Source of the DNA: Eledone cirrhosa
Lineage: Eukaryota
Length of the DNA stretch: 64,000 nucleotides
Direction of reading: 5' to 3'
Assembly (NCBI GenBank): GCA_964016885.1
Contig: CAXHJY010000973.1
Location: 607,914-671,913 of the forward strand
Both the position numbers and the translations under genes were made by a program. Shown here piece after piece: positions 54,235 through 64,000 of this stretch; position 1 is the stretch's first letter, and each line of letters starts with the position of its first letter. Under the pieces are notes generated by a model. That model did no database searches and was not told where the DNA came from. It saw only the letters and a list, made by a program, of their open reading frames with translations.

Positions 54235-54537
54235 CAACTGGTGCTCCATCGGTTACGAATGATCCGGTTGATACAAACAACAGAACAGACTGCTCGTGAT
54301 ATTAACATGAAAGTGGCTGAGCATTCCAGACATTTGTACCCATAACATAGTTCTCAGGGAGATTCAGCAGGACACAGAATGTGACAAGGCTGACCCTTCA
54401 AATTACAGGTACAACACATTTTTGCCAGCAACGTAAAATTAAGTGTCTTGCTCAAGGACACAACACACCACCAGGAATCAAACTCATGACCTTACGATTG
54501 TCAGTCAAATACCCTAACCATAAAGCCACGCACCTTC
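54235..54537 (-). mobile_element. tRNA/CORE-like SINE with another tail (family E), degenerate
   Basis: AAGTGTCTTGCTCAAGGACACAAC...GGAATCAAACTCATGACCTTACGATT...CCCTAACCA matches the heads of families C and D. The 3' part is unrelated to them. Confidence 0.75.
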
Positions 54538-54629
54538 TGTGTACAATTACTGGTATTTATAACAGCGATGTGATGTGACTCTCTGATTCTTCAATGAAGT
54601 ATTTTGTAGGAAGTCTGTTTTAATGTGTA

Positions 54630-54885
54630 CAGAATATAATATGTCTAGAAATCTTCAGAATATAATAAGTCTAGAAATCTTCCTCAGAATATAATAAGTC
54701 TAGAAATCTTCAGAATATAATAAGTCTAAAAATCTTCATCAGAATATAATAAGTCTAGAAATCTTCAGAATATAATATGTCTAGAAATCTTTAGAATATA
54801 AGTCTAGAAATCTTCATCAGAATATAATATCTAGAAATCTTCAGAATATAATATGTCTAGAAATCTTACCTTCTTCATCAGAATG
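54630..54885. repeat. ~26-29-bp minisatellite CAGAATATAATAAGTCTAGAAATCTT(CAT), ~9 copies
   Basis: Direct periodicity. Confidence 0.92.
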
Positions 54886-54926
54886 TTTATGTTTAGAAAA
54901 ATAATTTGATTTACAAATGTTGATCT

Positions 54927-56158
54927 GTGGGACAAAGCACACCTCTAAAATTGTCAAGAAGGCTGAGGGTGTCTTAGCATCACTCAGCAAGACATTTGTC
55001 AGCCGCTCTCCAGCTATCTATTTAAAGCTGTATATAGCTATGGTGTGTCCACACTTTGAATTTACATCACCAGTCTGGAACCCCTATCTTGTTCAGAACA
55101 TTGACCGCCTTGCAACTGTTCAGAGACGTGCAACCAAATGAATACCCTCCATCTTGCTTCCCTGGGCATGGATACATTGAAGCTCCGACGTCTGGCAACT
55201 GACTTGGTAAACACCCACAATATTATTGACCATCTTGCCAACAACAACCCTGAGCACCTTTGTGAATTCCATATGTCTAACACATGTCTACAAAGTCAGA
55301 AAACAGCACGGTTCCTATGACTTTCGGAAACATTTTTTCATGCTCAGAGTTGCTGAAGCATGGAACAAACTACCTGCATCAGTTGTTAGCTGTCGAGACA
55401 CTGCATCCTTTAAAACCTCCATGGAACAAACTACCTGCCTCAGTTGTTAGCTGTCGAGACATTGCATCCTTTAAAACCTCCATGGAACAAACTCCCTGCA
55501 TCAGTTGTTAGCTGTCGAGACACTGCATCCTTTAAAACCTCCATGGAACAAACTCCCTGCATCAGTTGTTAGCTGTCGAGACACTGCATCCTTTAAAACC
55601 TCCATGGAACAAACTACCTGCATCAGTTGTTAGCTGTCGAGACACTGCATCCTTTAAAACCTCCATGGAACACACTCTCTGCATCAGTTGTTAGCTGTTG
55701 AGACACTGCATCCTTTAAAACCTCCATGGAACAAACTACCTTCATCAGTTATTAGCTGTCGAGACACTGCATCCTTTAAAATCTCCATGGAACAAACTAC
55801 CTGCATCAGTTGTTAGCTGTCGAGACACTGCATCCTTTAAAACCTCCATGGAACAAACTACCTGCATCAGTTGTTAGCTGTCGAGACACTGCATCCTTTA
55901 AAACCTCCATGGAACAAACTACCTGCATCAGTTGTTAGCTGTAGAGGCACTGCATCCTTTAAAACCTCCATGCTTCCTGAGATTCTTCAACACTACACCT
56001 AATATTCCCCCTCCATACACACACACACACATGTATATCATGACTCATACACTATTCACTTCCCTGACATTTGTATATTATTTTATGTACTATACATGCA
56101 CCTTTGATGAGTTGTAGTGCACCTGAACACTGCACACAATAATTTTGATTATTATTTT
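54927..56158 (+). mobile_element. Degenerate CR1-like LINE 3' fragment (RT C-terminus and 3' end)
   Basis: Frameshifted motifs LYIAMVCPHFEFTSPVWNPY..NIDRLATVQRRATK, TLKLRRLATDL and RKHFFMLRVAEAWNKLPASVV...SFK, typical of CR1-group ORF2 C-termini. Confidence 0.85.
55359..55972. repeat. 61-bp tandem repeat, 10 copies, inside the CR1-like LINE
   Basis: Unit CATGGAACAAACTACCTGCATCAGTTGTTAGCTGTCGAGACACTGCATCCTTTAAAACCTC starts at 55359, 55420 and onward to 55908. Confidence 0.98.
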
Positions 56159-56391
56159 GAGAACCATGGGGGGACCAAATCTTTTTGGGGGTGAAGAACC
56201 AGGGTGGACTTTACATGAGATAGATGGAAAGGGCCAAAAGTTGAGGGTCAAAAACTAGGGGGAAAACTTTCACATGAGTTGAGATCAACTTTTATATAAG
56301 TATATATGGTAGATATATAATGTATGTGAATATATAAATAATACATGTATATGTGTGTATATATACATATATGCATATAAGAAATATATCT

Positions 56392-56423
<32 letters not shown>

Positions 56424-57307
56424 TGTAATAAACAACATAAGATAATTATTTCATTTACCAGTGGTTTCTTGAAAGCAAACAAAATTTGCTTTCAGTCATC
56501 AGAATGAAAAATGGTAAATGAAATAATTATCTTATGTTGTTTATTACATAACTAATAAGCTCTGTAACCTACATAGAGCACTCTTTTTTCCTGGACCTTT
56601 CCAACGGAATTACTTCATTCACACATATATATATATAAATATACATACAAATATGTGTGTGTGTCTGAGTGTGTGCATGGAATATATCATATATACATAC
56701 ACGTGTATGTATATATACATATATACAGAGATACATAAAATGCATATGAATATAAACATCCATATATATATTCACATGTATGTGTGTGTCTGTATGTATA
56801 TATATATACACACACATAAACTATACTAAAATGTGTATATATACATATACACGTAAAATATGTGTATATATATATGTGTGTGCATGTGTATAAGAAATAT
56901 ATCATATACACAGACACAAATTGTTTACCAATATATATATATATATATATACATATACACACACATAAAAGGTATACCAATACATGTGTGTGTATGTGTA
57001 GTATGCAGATAAGGAATACATCATATATACAAACATATAAAACTATACCAAAATATATATATACACACACACACACAAAATGTGTACCAATACAAAGACA
57101 CATATTATATATATATATATACGAAACATACAGATACACTTTATGTATATATATCCCTTTTATTCTTTTACCTGTTGCAGCCATCCATGTGTATCTAAGA
57201 CATACAAATCAGATATTTGTGGGGGGGGGGGGGGGGCGCGTGTGGGTGTAATACAATTTCCTGTTGTAGCTGCAATAATACACGAATTGGTAACATTTCA
57301 GTAAAAG

Positions 57308-60300
57308 TATGTGTATATGTATGTGTGAGGAAGTTAGGTGTGTGTGTATATGTATGTGTGAGGAAGTTAGGTGAGTGTGTGTATATGTATGTGTGAGGAA
57401 GTTAGGTGTGTGTGTGTATATGTATGTGTGAGGAAGTTAGGTGTGTGTGTGTATATGTATGTGTGAGGAAGTTAGGTGGGTGTGTGTGTATATGTGTGAG
57501 GAAGTTAGGTGTGTGTGTGTATATGTATGTGTGAGGAAGTTAGGTGAGTGTGTGTATATGTATGTGTGAGGAAGTTAGGTGTGTGTGTATATGTATGTGT
57601 GAGGAAGTTAGGTGTGTGTGTATATGTATGTGTGAGGAAGTTAGGTGTGTGTGTGTATATGTATGTGTGAGGAAGTTAGGTGTGTGTCTGTGTATATGTA
57701 TGTGTGAGGAAGTTAGGTGTGTGTGTATATGTATGTGTGAGGAAGTTAGGTGTGTGTGTATATGTATGTGTGAGGAAGTTAGGTGTGTGTGTGTATATGT
57801 ATGTGTGAGGAAGTTAGGTGAGTGTGTGTATATGTATGTGTGAGGAAGTTAGGTGTGTGTGTGTATATGTATGTGTGAGGAAGTTAGGTGTGTGTGTATA
57901 TGTATGTGTGAGGAAGTTAGGTGTGTGTGTGTATATGTATGTGTGAGGAAGTTAGGTGAGTGTGTGTATATGTATGTGTGAGGAAGTTAGGTGAGTGTGT
58001 GTATATGTATGTGTGAGGAAGTTAGGTGAGTGTGTGTATATGTATGTGTGAGGAAGTTAGGTGAGTGTGTATATGTATGTGTGAGGAAGTTAGGTGTGTG
58101 TGTATATGTATGTGTGAGGAAGTTAGGTGTGTGTGTATATGTATGTGTGAGGAAGTTAGGTGTGTGTGTGTATATGTATGTGTGAGGAAGTTAGGTGTGT
58201 GTGTATATGTATGTGTGAGGAAGTTAGGTGTGTGTGTGTATATGTATGTGTGAGGAAGTTAGGTGAGTGTGTGTATATGTATGTGTGAGGAAGTTAGGTG
58301 AGTGTGTGTATATGTATGTGTGAGGAAGTTAGGTGAGTGTGTGTATATGTATGTGTGAGGAAGTTAGGTGAGTGTGTGTATATGTATGTGTGAGGAAGTT
58401 AGGTGAGTGTGTATATGTATGTGTGAGGAAGTTAGGTGTGTGTGTATATGTATGTGTGAGGAAGTTATGTGTGTGTGTGTATATGTATGTGTGAGGAAGT
58501 TAGGTGTGTGTGTGTATATGTATGTGTGAGGAAGTTAGGTGAGTGTGTGTATATGTATGTGTGAGGAAGTTAGGTGAGTGTGTGTATATGTATGTGTGAG
58601 GAAGTTAGGTGAGTGTGTGTATATGTATGTGTGAGGAAGTTAGGTGAGTGTGTATATGTATGTGTGAGGAAGTTAGGTGAGTGTGTGTATATGTATGTGT
58701 GAGGAAGTTAGGTGTGTGTGTGTATATGCATGTGTGAGGAAGTTATGTGTGTGTGTGTATATGTATGTGTGAGGAAGTTAGGTGAGTGTGTGTATATGTA
58801 TGTGTGAGGAAGTTAGGTGTGTGTGTGTATATGTATGTGTGAGGAAGTTAGGTGAGTGTGTATATGTATGTGTGAGGAAGTTAGGTGTGTGTGTATATGT
58901 ATGTGTGAGGAAGTTATGTGTGTGTCTGCGTATATGTATGTGTGAGGAAGTTAGGTGTGTGTGTGTATATGTATGTGTGAGGAAGTTAGGTGTGTGTGTA
59001 TATGTGTGTGTGAGGAAGTTATGTGTGTGTCTGTGTATATGTATGTGTGAGGAAGTTAGGTGTGTGTGTATATGTATGTGTAAGGAAGTTATGTGTGTGT
59101 GTGTATATGTATGTGTGAGGAAGTTATGTGTGTGTGTGTATATGTATGTGTGAGGAAGTTATGTGTGTGTGTGTATATGTATGTGTGAAGAAGTTAGGTG
59201 TGTGTGTATATGTATGTGTGAAGAAGTTATGTGTGTGTCTGTGTATATGTATGTGTGAGGAAGTTAGGTGTGTGTGTGTATATGTATGTGTGAGGAAGTT
59301 AGGTGTGTGTGTGTATATGTATGTGTGAGGAAGTTAGGTGTGTGTGTATATGTATGTGTGAGGAAGTTAGGTGTGTGTCTGTGTATATGTATGTGTGAGG
59401 AAGTTATGTGTGTGTGTGTATATGTATGTGTGAGGAAGTTATGTGTGTGTGTGTATATGTATGTGTGAGGAAGTTAGGTGTGTGTGTGTATATGTATGTG
59501 TGAGGAAGTTAGGTGTGTGTGTGTATATGTATGTGTGAGGAAGTTAGGTGTGTGTGTGTATATGTATGTGTGAAGAAGTTAGGTGTGTGTCTGCGTATAT
59601 GTATGTGTGAGGAAGTTAGGTGTGTGTGTGTATATGTATGTGTGAGGAAGTTAGGTGTGTGTGTATATGTATGTGTGAGGAAGTTAGATGTGTGTGTATA
59701 TGTATGTGTGAGGAAGTTAGGTGTGTGTGTATATGTATGTGTGAGGAAGTTATGTGTGTGTGTATATGTATGTGTGAGGAAGTTATGTGTGTGTGTATAT
59801 GTATGTGTGAGTAAGTTAGGTGTGTGTGTATATGTATGTGTGAGGAAGTTAGGTGAGTGTGTATATGTATGTGTGAGGAAGTTAGGTGTGTGTGTATATG
59901 TATGTGTGAGGAAGTTATGTGTGTGTGTGTATATGTATGTGTGAGGAAGTTAGATGTGTGTCTGTGTATATGTATGTGTGAGGAAGTTAGGTGTGTGTGT
60001 TTATATGTATGTGTGAGGAAGTTAGGTGTGTGTGTATATGTATGTGTGAGGAAGTTAGGTGTGTGTGTGTATATGTATGTGTGAGGAAGTTAGGTGTGTG
60101 TGTGTATATGTATGTGTGAGGAAGTTAGGTGTGTGTGTATATGTATGTGTGAGGAAGTTATGTGTGTGTGTGTATATGTATGTGTGAGGAAGTTATGTGT
60201 GTGTCTGTGTATATGTATGTGTGAGGAAGTTAGGTGTGTGTGTATATGTATGTGTAAGGAAGTTATGTGTGTGTGTGTATATGTATGTGTGAGGAAGTTA

Positions 60301-63300
60301 TGTGTGTGTGTGTATATGTATGTGTGAAGAAGTTAGGTGTGTGTGTATATGTATGTGTGAAGAAGTTAGGTGTGTGTCTGTGTATATGTATGTGTGAGGA
60401 AGTTAGGTGTGTGTGTGTATATGTATGTGTGAGGAAGTTAGGTGTGTGTGTGTATATGTATGTGTGAGGAAGTTAGGTGTGTGTGTATATGTATGTGTGA
60501 GGAAGTTAGGTGTGTGTCTGTGTATATGTATGTGTGAGGAAGTTATGTGTGTGTGTGTATATGTATGTGTGAGGAAGTTATGTGTGTGTGTATATGTATG
60601 TGTGAGGAAGTTAGGTGTGTGTGTATATGTATGTGTGAGGAAGTTAGGTGTGTGTGTGTATATGTATGTGTGAGGAAGTTAGGTGTGTGTGTGTATATGT
60701 ATGTGTGAGGAAGTTAGGTGTGTGTGTATATGTATGTGTGAGGAAGTTAGGTGTGTGTCTGTGTATATGTATGTGTGAGGAAGTTATGTGTGTGTGTGTA
60801 TATGTATGTGTGAGGAAGTTATGTGTGTGTGTGTATATGTATGTGTGAGGAAGTTAGGTGTGTGTGTGTATATGTATGTGTGAGGAAGTTAGGTGTGCGT
60901 GTATATGTATGTGTGAGGAAGTTAGGTGTGTGTCTGTGTATATGTATGTGTGAGGAAGTTATGTGTGTGTGTGTATATGTATGTGTGAGGAAGTTATGTG
61001 TGTGTGTGTATATGTATGTGTGAGGAAGTTAGGTGTGTGTGTGTATATGTATGTGTGAGGAAGTTAGGTGTGTGTGTGTATATGTATGTGTGAGGAAGTT
61101 AGGTGTGTGTGTGTATATGTATGTGTGAAGAAGTTAGGTGTGTGTCTGCGTATATGTATGTGTGAGGAAGTTAGGTGTGTGTGTGTATATGTATGTGTGA
61201 GGAAGTTAGGTGTGTGTGTATATGTATGTGTGAGGAAGTTAGATGTGTGTGTATATGTATGTGTGAGGAAGTTAGGTGTGTGTGTATATGTATGTGTGAG
61301 GAAGTTATGTGTGTGTGTATATGTATGTGTGAGGAAGTTATGTGTGTGTGTATATGTATGTGTGAGTAAGTTAGGTGTGTGTGTATATGTATGTGTGAGG
61401 AAGTTAGGTGAGTGTGTATATGTATGTGTGAGGAAGTTAGGTGTGTGTGTATATGTATGTGTGAGGAAGTTATGTGTGTGTGTGTATATGTATGTGTGAG
61501 GAAGTTAGATGTGTGTCTGTGTATATGTATGTGTGAGGAAGTTAGGTGTGTGTGTTTATGTATGTGTGAGGAAGTTAGGTGTGTGTGTGTATATGTATGT
61601 GTGAGGAAGTTAGGTGTGTGTGTATATGTATGTGTGAGGAAGTTAGGTGTGTGTGTGTATATGTATGTGTGAGGAAGTTAGGTGTGTGTGTATATGTATG
61701 TGTGAGGAAGTTAGGTGTGTGTGTGTATATGTATGTGTGAGGAAGTTAGGTGTGTGTGTATATGTATGTGTGAGGAAGTTAGGTGTGTGTGTGTATATGT
61801 ATGTGTGAGGAAGTTAGGTGTGTGTGTTTATGTATGTGTGAGGAAGTTAGGTGTGTGTGTGTATATGTATGTGTGAGGAAGTTAGGTGTGTGTGTATATG
61901 TATGTGTGAGGAAGTTAGGTGTGTGTGTGTATATGTATGTGTGAGGAAGTTAGGTGTGTGTGTGTATATGTATGTGTGAGGAAGTTAGGTGTGTGTGTAT
62001 ATGTATGTGTGAGGAAGTTAGGTGTGTGTGTGTATATGCATGTGTGAGGAAGTTATGTGTGTGAGTATATGTATGTGTGAGGAAGTTAGGTATGTGTGTG
62101 TATATGTATGTGTGAGGAAGTTAGGTGTGTGTGTGTATATGTATGTGTGAGGAAGTTAGGTGTGTGTGTATATGTATATGTGAGGAAGTTAGGTGGGTGT
62201 GTGTATATGTATGTGTGAGGAAGTTATGTGTGTGTGTGTATATGTATGTGTGAGGAAGTTAGGTGTGTGTGTATATGTATGTGTGAGGAAGTTAGATGTG
62301 TGTGTATATGCATGTGTGAGGAAGTTAGGTGTGTGTGTATATGTATGTGTGAGGAAGTTAGATGTGTGTGTATATGCATGTGTGAGGAAGTTATGTGTGT
62401 GTGTGTATATGTATGTGTGAGGAAGTTAGGTGTGTGTGTGTATATGTATGTGTGAGGAAGTTAGGTGTGTGTGTATATGTATGTGAGAAAGTTAGATGTG
62501 TGTGTATATGTATGTGTGAGGAAGTTAGGTGTGTGTGTGTATATGTATGTGTGAGGAAGTTAGGTGTGTGTGTATATGTATGTGTGAGGAAGTTAGGTGT
62601 GTGTGTGTATATGTATGTGTGAGGAAGTTAGGTGTGTGTCTGTGTATATGTATGTGTGAGGAAGTTAGGTGTGTGTGTTTATGTATGTGTGAGGAAGTTA
62701 GGTGTGTGTGTGTATATGTATGTGTGAGGAAGTTAGGTGTGTGTGTATATGTATGTGTGAGGAAGTTAGGTGTGTGTGTGTATATGTATGTGTGAGGAAG
62801 TTAGGTGTGTGTCTGTGTATATGTATGTGTGAGGAAGTTATGTGTGTGTGTGTATATGTATGTGTGAGGAAGTTAGGTGGGTGTGTATTTGTATGTGTGA
62901 GGAAGTTAGGTGTGTGTGTGTGTATATGTATGTGTGAGGAAGTTAGGTGTGTGTGTATATGTATGTGTGAGGAAGTTATGTGTGTGTGTGTATATGTATG
63001 TGTGAGAAAGTTATGTGTGTGTGTGTATATGTATGTGTGAGGAAGTTATGTGTGTGTGTGTATATGTATGTGTGAGGAAGTTAGGTGTGTGTGTATATGT
63101 ATGTGTGAGGAAGTTAGGTGTGTGTGTGTATATGTATGTGTGAGGAAGTTAGGTGTGTGTGTATATGTATGTGTGAGGAAGTTAGGTGTGTGTGTGTATA
63201 TGTATGTGTGAGGAAGTTAGGTGTGTGTGTGTATATGTATGTGTGAGGAAGTTAGGTGTGTGTGTATATGTATGTGTGAGGAAGTTAGGTGTGTGTGTGT

Positions 63301-64000
63301 GTATATGTATGTGTGAGGAAGTTAGGTGTGTGTGTATATGTATGTGTGAGGAAGTTAGGTGTGTGTGTGTATATGTATGTGTGAGGAAGTTAGGTGTGTG
63401 TGTATATGTATGTGTGAGGAAGTTAGGTGTGTGTGTGTATATGTATGTGTGAGGAAGTTAGGTGTGTGTGTGTATATGTATGTGTGAGGAAGTTAGGTGT
63501 GTGTGTATATGTATGTGTGAGGAAGTTAGGTGAGTGTGTATATGTATGTGTGAGGAAGTTAGGTGTGTGTGTATATGTATGTGTGAGGAAGTTATGTGTG
63601 TGTGTGTATATGTATGTGTGAGGAAGTTAGATGTGTGTCTGTGTATATGTATGTGTGAGGAAGTTAGGTGTGTGTGTTTATGTATGTGTGAGGAAGTTAG
63701 GTGTGTGTGTGTATATGTATGTGTGAGGAAGTTAGGTGTGTGTGTATATGTATGTGTGAGGAAGTTAGGTGTGTGTGTGTATATGTATGTGTGAGGAAGT
63801 TAGGTGTGTGTCTGTGTATATGTATGTGTGAGGAAGTTATGTGTGTGTGTGTATATGTATGTGTGAGGAAGTTAGGTGTGTGTGTGTATATGTATGTGTG
63901 AGGAAGTTAGGTGAGTGTGTATATGTATGTGTGAGGAAGTTAGGTGTGTGTGTATATGTATGTGTGAGGAAGTTATGTGTGTGTGTGTATATGTATGTGT
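57308..64000. repeat. 33-37-bp GT-rich satellite GTATATGTATGTGTGAGGAAGTTAGGT(GT)n, ~190 copies; runs off the right edge
   Basis: Direct periodicity. Length variation is confined to the (GT)n segment. Confidence 0.99.

Noticed and set aside
54630-54885. CTGAAGA/CTGATGA on the minus strand of the 26-29-bp minisatellite
   Set aside because: No downstream stem II-GAAA-stem III arrangement is present, so it is not a hammerhead.
57544-63901. Cys-rich ORFs (CVCICMCEEVR) resembling metallothionein or keratin-associated proteins
   Set aside because: They are translations of the GT-rich satellite with constant frame switching.

Overview
Gene-free, almost entirely repetitive animal DNA. The SINE types and (TA)n richness suggest an octopus or other cephalopod (inference). 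1-29.2 kb is a 30-bp satellite organised into ~9.9/8.8-kb higher-order repeats. 29.3-32.7 kb holds tRNA-derived SINE fragments and a 64-bp satellite. 32.8-53.3 kb is a (TA)n microsatellite field with stacked insertions: a full-length DD34D mariner with one stop codon, 5'-truncated RTE LINEs, CORE-like SINEs sharing the RTE 3' tail, a Penelope-like GIY-YIG fragment, and a 466-bp tandem array with a fold-back inversion. 54.9-56.2 kb is a CR1-like LINE end containing a 61-bp minisatellite. 57.3-64 kb is a 33-37-bp GT-rich satellite. Main result: every 466-bp monomer carries a type I hammerhead ribozyme motif, and the monomer has many hairpins whose G-U wobbles favour the ribozyme strand. This is a candidate retrozyme (circular self-cleaving RNA retroelement) lying beside a hammerhead-bearing Penelope-like element. 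Nearly all ORFs in the supplied track are repeat artefacts.
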